This document shows, piece by piece, positions 1 to 11,732 of a DNA stretch of 64,000 bases. The stretch is taken from NCBI GenBank assembly GCA_026770705.1, contig JANJGN010000116.1, positions 682,001-746,000 on the forward strand, written 5' to 3'. Source of the stretch: Isurus oxyrinchus. Its lineage: Eukaryota. A model generated the notes under the pieces. It was not told the DNA's origin. It saw nothing but the letters and a program-made list of their open reading frames with translations, and searched no databases. The translations under genes and the position numbers were made by a program. How positions within the stretch are numbered: position 1 is the first letter of the stretch; each line of letters begins with the position of its first letter.

Positions 1-565
1 GCCATTCAGCCCCTCAAGCCTTCACCGTCATTTGATAAGATGATGGCTCATCTGATTTTGGCCTCAACTCCGCTTTCCTGTCGTTCTGCTATAACCCTCA
101 ATTACCTTGTCAATCAAAAATCCACCCTAACTCACCCTTGAATATATTCAATGACCTAGCCTCCAATCCCCTCTTGAGAAGAGAATTCCACAGAATAACT
201 ACATTTCTTCACATCTCAGTCGTAAAGTGGAGACATCTATTTTTTCCTCCTACAAGAGGAAAGACCTTCTCAGCGTACGCCCTCAAGTCCACTCAGGATC
301 TTGTATGTTCAATAAGATCACCTCTGAGCGTCCTGAACTCCAACGGGTATAGGCCTAAACTGCTCAACATTTTCTCATAACATAAATCCCTTCATCCCAG
401 CAATCAGTCGAGTGAATCTTCACTGAACTGATTCTAATGGAATTATTCCCTTTCTTAAGTAAATAAGCCAAAACTGTAAACTTTACTCCAGATGCTGCCT
501 GACTAAGGCCCTGTATAGCTGCAGCAAAACTTCCCTACTTTTACAATGCATTCCCCTTGCAATAA
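1..565 (-). mobile_element. CR1 LINE 3' fragment
   Basis: Reverse strand shows a degenerate CR1 ORF2 C-terminus (YSFGLFT.ER, .GAYAEKVFPLVG) and a CR1-type 3' tail (gccattcagcccctc on +). Confidence 0.75.
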
Positions 566-2400
566 AAACATATGAAATAGGAGCTGGAGCCTGCTATTCA
601 GCCCTTCGAGCCCGCTCCACCGTTCACTGAGATCATGGTTCATCTTCCACTTCAATAACATTTCCTTGTATTAACCCCATGTTCCATGATGTTTTCAATG
701 TGTAGAAATTTATAAATCTCAGTCATGGACATACTAAATGACTGAGCCTCCTCTGGGGCAGTGAATTCCAAGGATTCACCACACTCTGAGTGAAGAACTT
801 CCACCAAATCTCTGTCCTAAATGGCCTGCCCCTTATTCTGAGACTGTGTGCCCTGGTTCAAAACACCCCCAGCCTGGGGCAACCTCCTACCTGCATCTGC
901 ACTGTCAACCTCTGTAAGAATTTCGTATGCCTGAATGAGATCACCACTCACTCTTCTAAAATCCAGAGAATAGAAGCCCAGTCTATTTAATTTTTCGTCA
1001 GCACGCATTACTCCAGGAATTATTTTAGTGCAATCCTCATTGCACTTAGTCTAGAAAAGTATATATTTCCTTAGATAAGAAGACAAAAACTGCATAGAAT
1101 GCTGCTGTTGCGGCCTCACCAAGGCAGTGAGACATCTTTACTCCTGTACTCAAATCCACTTGTAATAAAAGGCAACAGAACATTTACCTTTTTAACGGTT
1201 TGCTGTACCTGCATGTTAGCTGTAAATGAGTCATGAACAAGGACATTGATATTCCTTTGAAGACCAACGCTTCCTAGTCTCTACTATTTAGAAAATGGTC
1301 TGTATTTGTAATTTCCTGCCAATGTGGATAACGTCACATTTCTCCATATTGTATTCCTTCTGCCAAATTTTGGCCACTCTCCTATGCTCTCCAGATGCAC
1401 TTGAAGTATCTTTGCATCCTCCTCACAACTGACATATCCACCTAATTCCCTGTCACCTGCAAACTTCTAAATATTACATTTAATCCCCACATCCAAATCA
1501 TTGATGTAGATTGGAATAGCTACGGCAGTGATCCTTGCACTACCTCACTTTACCACATCAGTGGGTCTCCTCTTGTTTACTCTGCTGACTGCATAGTCAA
1601 AATATCCCAACAGGTATGTTAAACTTGATTTCCCTTTCATAAATCCATGTTACATCTGCCCAATCCTACCATTGTTTTCTAAGTGTTCTATTATCACATC
1701 CTTTATTGCAGAATCTAGCATTTTCCCTACTACTTATGTCAGGCTAACAGGTTTTTAGTTCCCAATTTATACTCTCCCTCCTTTCTTAATCAACGTGGTT
1801 ATATTTTCCACCTTCCAATCTGCAGGAACCATTCCAGAGGCCACAGAATTTTGAAATATGATCACCGACTACTATCTCTGCAGCCACTTCGTTCAACACT
1901 CTGGGATTTAGATCATCAGGTTCAGGGAATTTATCTACTTTAGGTCCCAGTAATTTCTCTAATAATTTTTTCAAACAAGTATTAATAACTTGCAGTTCCT
2001 CGTTTGCACTAGTCCCTTGATGCCCCTTTATTTCTGAGCAATGTTTAGTGTTTTCCTCTGTGAAGACAGAAAATGTATTTGTTTATTTTATCTGCCATTT
2101 GCTTATTCCATATTGTAAATTTTCCTGACTTTGCTTGAAATGAACCCACATTTATATTTCCTAATATTTTCCTCTTTACATACCCTACAGAAGCATTTAT
2201 AATCAGTCTTTGTATCTCATGCTAGTATACTCTCAGATTCTATATTTTCTTTCTTCATCGATTTCTATGTCCTCCTCTGCAGGTTTCAAAAATGCTACCA
2301 ATTCCCAGGCTTTCATTTTTCAGGCAACTTTATAAATCCCTTCCCTTGATCTAATACAATTCTTGATTTCTTCCGTTGCGACACTTTGGTTATTGGCTTT
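566..2400 (-). mobile_element. CR1 LINE, degenerate RT region
   Basis: ORF 817-1008(-) LNRLGFYSLDFRRVSGDLIQAYEIL and ORF 1786-1974(-) KVDKFPEPDDLNPRVLNEVAAEI are typical CR1 ORF2 segments; a 3' tail is at about 570-700. Confidence 0.85.
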
Positions 2401-2875
2401 TTGTGCATCAAAGGAATATATTTTTGTTGTAAACATATCACATTTCAAAACCTCGAATGGAAATTGGGTAAAGAGATTCACAGTCACGTTCTTCAGTTAA
2501 CTAGGCAGTCGTTGGAATTGCTTTATCCAAAGCATTTACATAAGCACCAGCATACCAATTGTCTTCCTAATCACTTGCTCCACTGCATCCCGAATTTTAG
2601 GGATTCATGGACTGTGGGTCCCAGATCCCTCCGTAGCATACAGTCTGCAATCTTTCTCCATTCAGGTAAGGTAATGTTTTTCTATTCTTACAGCCAAAGA
2701 GGAAAATTTCACATGAAACTCCATCTGCCAATTATTTGCGGACTTAACCGATCTGAATCCCTTTGTAGACTCGCTATGTCCAAGTAACCTGACAACTTAC
2801 TTTCGTACCTTTACACCATCGGAATATTTAGCTACCATCCATTCAGTTCCTCACTCAAGTAATTTACACAGGTAC

Positions 2876-3141
2876 CTGGAAAAAACTCAGCAGTTCTGAC
2901 AGCATCTGCGGAGATGGACACAATTGACTTTTCCAGCCTGGATGACCCTTCATCAGAACTAAGACAGAAATAAATTATACACAATATCGCATTTCTATAT
3001 GTCTTAGTTCTGATGAAGGGTCATCCAAACTCGAAACATCAAATGTGTACCTCCCCGCAAATGCTGTGAGAACTGCTGAGTTTTTCGAGGTATGTTTGTT
3101 CTTGTTCTAGATTACGAGCATCCGCAGTATTTTGCTTTTAT
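2876..3141. mobile_element. Penelope-like element terminal remnant forming an inverted repeat
   Basis: Arm 2873-2966 (...gatgacccttcatcagaactaagaca) is the reverse complement of arm 3000-3092 (tgtcttagttctgatgaagggtcatc...). It is flanked by the near-direct repeats tttacacaggtac (2863-2875) and tttacataggtac (3142-3154). Confidence 0.65.
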
Positions 3142-4169
3142 TTTACATAGGTACTTCAGGCCCCAGCACTGACCACTGTGTCACTCCACTAGTACCAGTT
3201 TGCCAAACCGAAAATGGCCCTTTACCCCAACTCTCTGTTTGCTGTTAGCTAATCAATGGTCTATGCATACTGGTATACTAACACCTGCATAACAAATTCT
3301 TATCTTGTTATCTTTTTTATCTTTGATGCAACACCTTATCAAATTGCTTTTGGAAATCCAAATGCACCAAATCTACAGATTCTCCTTGATCAATTATCAT
3401 GTTACTTCCTCAAATACATCTAATACATTCACCTGATGTGATTTCCAATCCGCTGGACCTTCCATGAATCTAGGGAATTTTGGAAGATCACAACCAATGC
3501 ATCTACAATGTCTGCAGCCACTTCCTTTAAGACCCTATGATGAAAGCCATCAAGTCAATGGACTTGTCAAACTTTGGTTCTAATATTTTCCCTAGTACCT
3601 TTTCCCTCATAATCCTGATTGTTTTAAGTTCCTCCTTTCTTTTTACCCCTTGAATTTCAATTATTCTTGGGATGTTTCTTGTGTCTTCTACTGTGAAGAG
3701 AGACACAAAATGCCTGTTGAGCGCTTCTGCCATTTCCTCATTTCACATTGTTAGTTTCCCGGCCTCATTTTCTAAGGGACCTATGCACACTTTAAAACTC
3801 ATTTCCTATATAATTATTAGGCGAACCTGTATTAGTTTTTGGACTTCTAACTGGCTTTCTCTCATAATCTGCTGATAAAAGGCACCGTTACTAAGATGTC
3901 ATTAATTCATCCCGTCTCATTGATCATTCGCAGGTCTAAAATAGCCGTTCTGTGGTAGGCACTGGAACATACTCACTAAGAAACTGTCTTGAATACACTC
4001 AATGAACACATCTTCCAGGCTACCTTTGCAATTATGCTTCATCCAAAGTGTATGAAGATTAAAATAACCCGCGATGATTGCAGCACCATTCTTACAAGCG
4101 CAGATTTTTTTTACTGTATATTCTGTCCAAAAGTGTGAAGGTATTAGGGGCCTATAAGCTACCCCCATA

Positions 4170-4285
4170 TGGACTGCTGTGGTTCAAGAGGGCAGCTCAC
4201 CACAACTTTCCCAAGGATAAGTAGGGATGGGCAAGTAATGTTGGCCTAGCCGGTGATGCCTGGATCCCATGAACGAATAAAAAAG
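4170..4285 (+). repeat. 3' tail of the second LINE/SINE family
   Basis: ggactgctgtggttcaagagggcagctcaccac...gggatgggcaagtaatgttggcctagccggtgatgcc...aataaaaaa. The same tail ends the LINE copies at about 37980 and 54830. Confidence 0.7.
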
Positions 4286-4731
4286 TGACATTTTACCGTT
4301 GCTAATACTTATTTCTATTCAAAACAATTCTTCATTTGTTCTTCTGAACTAAGTTCATCTCTGACTACTGTACTAATGTCATCAGTTATTAACAGAGCGA
4401 CTCCACCACTTTTCCTCACTTCTGCCATCTAACCATTTTCCTCTTTTTCGCAAATTAAAGGCCATGTGACTGGGGACAGCCACCCAACACTGAGGAGGAG
4501 AGTAGTCTTCACATTATTCCCCTAAACCCTCGACAGAAATATCTTTGGGAATGTCATCCCATAGCCTCAGGGTCAGAGAGAGAAATAACATGAATCAAAC
4601 TAAGTGTTTATTTTTATTCATGGTTAACAATAATAATAAAGGACAGTGTTTTAATACTAGTAACAGTGCCCAAAATATATTGTTAAAAATTAAGTTACTC
4701 TAAACACAATCACACACTGTCTAGTACTTAC

Positions 4732-4898
4732 TCCAGGTTCTGTATTTTACATTCCTGCCTCCTCAAAGCGACAGACAGTTGTGTCACTCCTGGATCTCGC
4801 AGTTTGTTGTTACCCAGGTTCAGATCCGTCACTGAGCGACTAAAAAAACAGAGGCAAGATCCTTTGCACAAGAATCTGTCAGATTGGTGCCCCAAAGA
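4732..4898 (-). pseudogene. RI/NLR-type LRR exon (third in transcript order), frameshifted
   Basis: Flanked by acceptor cccccCAG and donor GTAAGTAC. Translates as LWGTNLTDSCAKDLASVF/SRSVTDLNLGNNKLRDPGVTQLSVALRRQECKIQNL. It is 167 bp versus 171 bp for the sister exons (4-bp loss). Confidence 0.9.
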
Positions 4899-5129
4899 CT
4901 GGGGGGTGGAGGAGGGTTCGAAATAGAAAAATAACAGAAATCAGAGTATATTTCCAGTTTCTATCAAGGAAAGTAACTAATATAAATAATAATATGCAGT
5001 GTGAAACATTGAAGAAACAATTTCAAAACATAAAAGTAATCTATAATTGATACTGTCATTGCGAAATATAAAGGAATATTCTGTAAATAGTCAGCCTGTG
5101 AGACAGTATCTGGGAAGGGAGAAACAGAC

Positions 5130-5815
5130 CCCAGAGTCCCGCAGGTGGGTGCGTGCCTGACGCAAGCAGGTGTGGAATCGTATGAAATGATCTCGGACGA
5201 GCGTAGTGACGTCATCACGCACTCTTGCGATATTTCGCTTGGCGAGTACTCGCTAAATTTGAAGAGCTCCCGCGCACAATTAAGCGGGAAATTAAATCCA
5301 CTAACGTCCCAATTGTCAGTGGGTTTTCGTGGCCCATGAAACCTTACGTTGGCGGACCAGCCAATCGACCAGAAAACCTTTACATTCTTGGTGAAACCTC
5401 ATCCAAGGGAGGGATGGAATCTCCGTTAGGATTTAAAATAAAAATAAATATCCGAGGACTATTTTTTGTGTGAGGCCTGCTTTAACGAGCTTGATTGTGC
5501 TGCATTGACATTTTTGCAGCCCTTTTGTGCTTTTCCTTTTTTTATCCGGGGGTCTGCAGCTCTCTGAGGCATCTGTCTGCCTTCAGGGAGCTCAATGGAA
5601 GCGCTCATTAGCACTTACAATGAGGTCGGTGCCGCCCTCTTCCCTCCCCCAGCGGCAGTGCTGAGACTTTCCGCGGGTACGCTTCACACTGGCTGGCTCT
5701 CATTTGGCCAAGCAGCGTAAGATCATGGTCACGGGTCTGATCGGGCAGAAGCGCATTTCACATCCGCTCCCAGGCTCCTCATTCATGCGACCGGAAAGCG
5801 AAATGTTCACGCCAG
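5130..5815. mobile_element. GC/CpG-rich interspersed element, probably a non-autonomous DNA transposon, inserted in an LRR intron
   Basis: An abrupt CpG-rich segment that is absent from the sister tandem units, with an internal palindrome gcgtagtgacgtcatcacgc. The family was not identified. Confidence 0.4.
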
Positions 5816-6979
5816 GTTAATGATTCAGTTTGATGAGCTTACAATAGAACTGGGAAAAGCAGGGTCTTGACTGGTTTTAAGTGGCAGCAAATTGCAGGGA
5901 GTTTTTAGTAGAAAATGGAAACGCACCGAGTATTAACGTGATAAAACTGGCCAGGGTACAAAACAAATCAGGGGACTCCACACCTTAAACCCGTGTCACT
6001 CGTGTGAGGATATGTAAGGAGGATGGTAAAGGAATGAAGTTTGTGGTGGGGAGAAAGATAATGGCTGTGAGTCCAATACACAGTGTTAGCCTCACAGCCT
6101 TATATGTGACGAAGGATAAAAGTGAACTTGGACAAAAGGTTTTGCCCATCCAGCCACTAGCAATACCCAGGCAGAAGCATTGGCTGCCAGAAGCATATCA
6201 GCCTCTCGTTGGCGATCCCTGGTCAGTCAGAGTTGACTCGTGTGCTCCCGTGACTCAGTGGGTTCAAACAGGAAGCGTCCCTGTGTCTCCATGATGGAAA
6301 GTCAGGCTGTCACCAGCGTAGTCTCTTGTATGTCTTTGATGGGTGAGTAAGAATGGAAATTTACGTGCTTGTACAAGAGAGCGCACAATGTCTTGGAACC
6401 ATCAAAGATAGTTGGCTACATCCAGATCTTGTCACCCTTAAGCCAATGGAAGATGAAATGCTGGCCATGGGAGTTTGGAATCAGGGCAGGAAATCACTGA
6501 CAGTGAGATTGTTGTGGAGCTGAGAGAGTGAATGGCCTGAAGGATGGACACAGGACAGCCTATGGAGACAACAAAAAAAGTGATCATGTATCAGTCCCTA
6601 GTCACATGGAGTAGTATGAAGGAAATGTTGGGATGCGCATTTCCCCATAATCACTCTCTTCCATCTCATAAATCAAGGGCTGCTGTTATTGGGTGCAGCC
6701 ATCCACCTCTGAGAAGTGGGACAGTGCCCCTGGGTGCACCGTCATATTATCCCCCCACACCCTTGGCACACAAATCTCTTGGACTGACATTGCGTAGGCT
6801 GGGGATTTGACAGAAGTAACAGGAGGCGGAGGACATGCAGTTTCATTTCCAATAATACCATAATAACTGACGTTAGTAATAATCGACAGTGTTTATTTAT
6901 TTTTCTAATAAGATTGCTGAAAATGTTCTGTTAGACATTCAGTTATTATCAACATAATCTCACACGGTTTGGTACTTAC

Positions 6980-7150
6980 CTCAGTCTTTGTAATTTGCAG
7001 TCCAAGTTCTGCAGAGCCATAGACAGTAGTTTCACTCCTGAGTCACCCAGTTGATTAAGCCCCATGTCCAGATCTGTCACTGACTGGTTTGTACTGATAG
7101 CAGAGGCACGATCCTTGGCACAAGAACCTGTGAGATTGTTATTCTTTAGA
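6980..7150 (-). pseudogene. RI/NLR-type LRR exon (second), open frame but splice acceptor mutated
   Basis: 171 bp, phase 2/2: LKNNNLTGSCAKDRASAISTNQSVTDLDMGLNQLGDSGVKLLSMALQNLDCKLQRL. Donor GTAAGTAC is intact; the acceptor reads ctgCAT instead of ctgCAG. Confidence 0.9.
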
Positions 7151-7605
7151 ATGCAGATATGGGAGAGAAAACCCAGAAGAATCAGGGTAAATCTCCGGTG
7201 TCTGAGGGAACAGCATTAATGACAATAGTAAAGTACAGTGTGAGACACTCCATTATATCTAGGGAAAATACTATTGATGATGAAAATCTGAAATATAAAT
7301 AGAAAATTCTGGAATACTCAACAAGTCAGACACTATATGTGAAGGAAGAATTAGAGATAGCAGATTGAATTTTAAGCTCACCCGCCAGTAGGTTTTAAGC
7401 AATGGGTGAGAGTAAAGTTTTTGGGCTGGGCTTCCCACCAGACAATATATTTCAGCAACTGACGCTGGGGTGATCGAGGCCTCAGACGACCATCCGCCCC
7501 TGCCAGGGAAATGGGGGAGATGGAGGTAAGAAAGAAACAAAATGGAAGTTCAGGTGTGATTAAATGACATAGGATGATGGTGCATGAAGTACAACACTCA
7601 TTAAC

Positions 7606-8222
7606 TGTGGCGTGAGAATTTGCTTATTGAGAGCCAAGTCGCAGCATGAAATGTGGTCAAACAACTGTTTCAGGTCACTATTAACACTTGAGTAGAAAAA
7701 CTGGTTTGGCGTCTGCTAACATAATCAGACAATAGGCTATATAAACCTGTATGGGTCAACCATCAGCAGAAACAAGCTGGCATAAGCTAACAAGAAAGCC
7801 AAGTTAGCCTCCAGAGAAAGAACAATCACAATTTTGTGCAGAAAGCTGTATAAGTATGAACTGTGATCTGCAGCATAATACACACACCTGGAACCAAAGA
7901 TAGTCACTGGAAGCAGGATCTACATCCACTTCAGAAGACCAGCCGAGGGGTAATTGTAAGTGTTATACTAGCAGCTTTGGGAATAGGTAGTTCAGAGAGG
8001 GATAGCCTAGGGACTTGATGTCTCATATATATCACATGTGCGACTAAGTGTAAGCTTACTGTAAATGGAAGAAACGTGGGAACAGTTCAGTACAGCCTAA
8101 GAGTTGATTCTGAACCTTACATTTGTGATGTTCTGTTGGGTGTTAAGCCACTTCACACCCGTTGTAATTCTGTGATTACGACCTCAAAGGGATAATTTCC
8201 CTGCTTGCAAGACCAAATCACA
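7606..8222. mobile_element. Possible solo LTR
   Basis: An insertion unique to tandem unit 2, bounded by TG...CA, with a TATA-like ctgtataagta. No clear target-site duplication. Confidence 0.3.
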
Positions 8223-9079
8223 GCATCCCCAAGTTCTTGTCGGGGTCGCTAGAGGACATGGAGCGTCAGTGATCAGGCGATGGAGTTTGTGGTGGGGATG
8301 AGGATAACGACCGTGAATTCAGCACAAAAGATGAAGCTTACAACTTCAGTTATGACTTATGATAAAAGAGAAATTGGTAGAAAGGTCATCCCCACCCAGC
8401 CAGTGGCAATGCCCAGGCAGCAGCATTGCCTCTTAGGGATGTCAGCCTCTCTGGAGGGCCGAGTCAGAGTTGATTTGTGACGACCAAATGGCTCCATACA
8501 GGAGTCATCCAAGTGGCGTTATGATGGACAGTCGAGCTGCACCAGTTTAGCCTTATTCCGGACTATGAGGGAAGGTGAAGCGCTGGAGCTGGGAAGCCTA
8601 GAATCTGGGCAGCAATTACTGATGGTGAGATGGGTTGCGGAGCTGAGAGAGAGAGTGGCCTAATGGATGGACACAGGAGAGCCTCTGGTCACCACAAAAC
8701 ATCGTGCTCATGTGTGCATCACTGTTCACAAACAATAATCTGAGGTTGGTGTTGTAAAGAGCATTGCCCTCGAACCACTCTTCTTGCTATCGCAAATCAA
8801 GGACTCCTGTGACCGGGGAACAGACCATCTCTGAGGAGGAGGAGGGGTCCTTTATTCCCCTGCACCCTCAGCACACATTCTGTGCGACGGACATGCCATA
8901 GATGGGATTAGAGACAGACATTACATGAATCAGAGTAAATGGAGAATTTTTTAATTTATAACTTTATCACAGGCACCAATAAAATTGGACAGCCTTTATT
9001 TATTATACGTAATTGTGCTGACATTGTTTTGTTTTCTATCCTGCTCTTATAAACATAATATCACACAGTCTGTACTTAC

Positions 9080-9250
9080 TGCAGTTTCTGTATTTTACAG
9101 TCCGGATACCTCACAGCCTCAGACAATTTTTTCACCCCTGAATCTCACAATTTATTAAGATCAATGCTCAGATACGTCAATGACCAGCTGGTACTGAGAC
9201 CAGAGGCGAGATCTCCGGCAGCAGAACTTGTGAGATCGTTATGTCACAGG
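9080..9250 (-). pseudogene. RI/NLR-type LRR exon (first), two in-frame stops
   Basis: 171 bp with acceptor cttCAG and donor GTAAGTAC: L*HNDLTSSAAGDLASGLSTSWSLTYLSIDLNKL*DSGVKKLSEAVRYPDCKIQKL. Confidence 0.9.
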
Positions 9251-10871
9251 CTGAAGATCAGAGGGAAAAAGATAACAGGGATCAGAGTTAAATCAGCTTT
9301 TTTTAAAGACCAATAATTACGACAATAATACATTGTGTGCAAAATTCAAGAAACAACTTCCATTTATCTAGTAGATAAAATACTATCGTTGGTGTAAACC
9401 TGAAATCTATATAGAATATACTTGAAATACTCAGCAGGTCAGCCAATATCTGTTGAGAGAGAAAAAAAGAGTTAACTGTTTCTATCAATGCGCTTTCAAT
9501 AGAATTGAAAAAAAAAATCAGCTCGTCAACATCTATTCAGCAACAGGGAAATGGGGATGGGAGGGTGGCAAGGAAAGGACAAAATGGCAAAAAGGATGAT
9601 GATATAGCACAAAAGCGCAGGATTCCATGTCCTTATCCAGGTTCCTAGGGAGGGGTATGGGATGGTCAATGGCTCTGGAATGGAGTTTGTGATGGGGCTG
9701 AAGATAATGACTGGAATTTTACCGGAGGGTGCGAAGGGCTGATCAGATTGTAAGTGGATATTTGGACGTAGAGTCAGGGTAGTCAGTGTTATGAATGCAA
9801 TATTATCACAGCTGACAGGTGGGAGGAGGCGTCCACTTCGGCGGTGCAGATGGGGGACATCCTGGTTCAGATAATGCTGGCGCCATCTGTAAAGGCAGCC
9901 AGCAGTACTTTCAAACACAGCAGCTCTGGAGGAACTAGCAAGGGAGCCCTCGTTACTGAATGAAGAGCTGAAATGGCAGAAGACAGATCAAGGGTTGCAC
10001 GCTGATGAGTGCTGCATGCAGGAGACATGCATTTGCTGCCATGCGGGAGAGTCAGGCTGCCACCAGTATAGGCTAGTGTGTCTCTTTGATGGGCGAGTTA
10101 CATGAAGATTTCTCTGCTTGCAGATGAAACAGCTGATGAGAGGGCATGAGCCAAGCTGGGTCGCTCTGCCCGGATCACCTCATCCTTAGACCCATGGAAA
10201 TTCAGACACATGTCCTGTTAGATCTGGAGGCAGGGCGGGCAATCACAGATGTTGAGGTGGGTTTTGTAGCTGAGAGAAAGAATGCCCTAATGGATGGAAA
10301 CAGGAGACCCTCTGGTGAGCAGAAAACAAACGTTTCCCTTTTAACACTACTTTTCCTTTCACAGTTCGAGGACTGTGAGCGGGTGACAGCCATCCACCTC
10401 TTAGGACGGGAAGTGGATCTCAGAGGGTGCATCGTCACGTTATTCCCCTCGCACCCTCCTCCAGTGCAGGTAACATCACGTCGGCAAATAGTCACATTCC
10501 ATAAGTAAAGGAGTCAAAATCTGGTGAACACCACAGACACGCCCAAGCAGCTGACAAAGACAATAATACCCAAGGTCACTCACATTTGGAGGGCTATGGG
10601 AGGGAAAGGCAATGTCAAGCTTCAGGATGATGACATATCACCAACGTCTTCAAAAAGGCAGCATGTGTTGGAATTGAGCATGAGGTATGTGAACAACTGG
10701 CAGAGCTTCAAAAAGCTATTTACAACAAGAAACAAAGGATGTAGAAGTTAATTCAGTTTTTGAGTATTGGTCTGTCCCGAGAATGACTGCCCTAGCAATC
10801 CTCTACTGAGAGATTGTTGACCTTGATGTACAGTCAATCCAGCGGAGCAACGATTGGAGTTTCACACTTAC

Positions 10872-10984
10872 CTGCATGTCATCAGCATCTCCGTGAGCAA
10901 TGGCTAGGTGAGAGGGTGTGATGTGACTGGAGTCACCACCAAGTCCTCGGAATCCTCACTTGAGCAGGGAGGGTCCGGTGTGCC
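10872..10984 (-). other. Candidate 113-bp exon upstream of the LRR exons
   Basis: Polypyrimidine tract plus ttttCAG acceptor and CAG|GTAAGT donor. Stops occur in all three frames, but ATG CTG ATG ACA TGC AG at its 3' end is phase 2, matching the LRR exons. Confidence 0.45.
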
Positions 10985-11019
10985 CTGAAAATGTATAGGA
11001 GTGCAGGAGACAGAGAGAT

Positions 11020-11310
11020 ACTCAGAAGACAGATGTACACAGACACACAGACACGCACACACACATACACACAGACACACAGATGCACACAGACAGAATA
11101 GACACGCACACACTTACTCTCAGAGATGCACACACTACTCAGAGACGCACACACAAAGACACACACAGAGACACTCACACTTACAGAGACTCACACACAG
11201 ACATACACACTCACAGACACACACACAGAGTCACACACACACAAACACATACCCAGAGACACACACACTCAGGGAGACACACACAGAGGGATACATTCAC
11301 ACACGGTACA
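11020..11310. repeat. Imperfect (CA)n/(CAGA)n microsatellite
   Basis: Directly visible acacacag runs. Confidence 0.95.
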
Positions 11311-11527
11311 ATCGACAGTGAGATCAGTAAAACATCCAAAGACACAACCTCAGTAAAAAAAAACAATCTCTTTCCACTCCCTGTGTTTCGTGGGGGACGA
11401 GGGCTACTGCCAGTGTTTTAGGGGTTTGTGTGATATCAGGGTTTGGAACTGGAGTAACACAATCAACAGGGTAAGAAATTACATTTAAACTTATCCCAGA
11501 AATTAAGACAGGTCCTTGTTGAAACCA

Positions 11528-11732
11528 TGCCTGTCCTCGATTAACACATCAATTGACAGTATCAGCAAGGTGTCATGTCCTGGGATCAACATTCATTGGA
11601 CAGGATCAATAAGGTGTTCTGTTTGGGATTAACATTCAGTGGACAGGATGAGCAAGGTGCCCTGTCCTGGGATTAACATTGAATGGACAGGATCAGCAAG
11701 CTGTCCTGTCCTTGGATTAACATTCAATGGAT
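11528..11732. repeat. 44-bp minisatellite, about 4.7 copies
   Basis: Consensus gtgtcctgtcctgggattaacattcaatggacaggatcagcaag, with an internal inverted pair TCCTGTCC/GGACAGGA. Confidence 0.9.

Larger units (their letters stand above)
2480..4430 (-). mobile_element. CR1 LINE fragments (APE endonuclease and RT), interrupted by other insertions
   Basis: ORF 3527-3733(-) MAEALNRHFVSLFTVEDT and ORF 3917-4168(-) GVAYRP...IIAGYFNLH...FIECIQDSFL match CR1 ORF2 motifs. Confidence 0.8.
4460..10470. repeat. Tandem array of about three ~2.1-2.25 kb exon+intron units
   Basis: Homologous blocks recur: LRR exons at 4732, 6980 and 9080; a block beginning atg(g/a)agtttgtg near 6034, 8280 and 9680; cagccatccacctct-like blocks near 4480, 6700, 8820 and 10390. 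Confidence 0.85.

Noticed and set aside
4732-9250. VLR-like somatic LRR cassette system
   Set aside because: The modules are 57-codon RI/NLR-type exons with splice sites, not 24-residue VLR cassettes, and no LRRNT/LRRCT or germline VLR gene is visible.
9080-9250. Two in-frame TGA codons read as selenocysteine or readthrough
   Set aside because: They align with Trp/Lys and Gly/Arg codons in the sister exons (single-base changes from TGG and GGA/CGA), and the sister exons are also disabled.
10904-11421. Overlapping His/Thr-rich and Cys/Val-rich ORFs
   Set aside because: They are translations of a CA microsatellite; the same applies to the ORFs at 63132-63940.
11528-11732. Palindromic short repeats resembling a CRISPR array
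   Set aside because: Units are contiguous with no unique spacers, there are no cas genes, and the context is eukaryotic.
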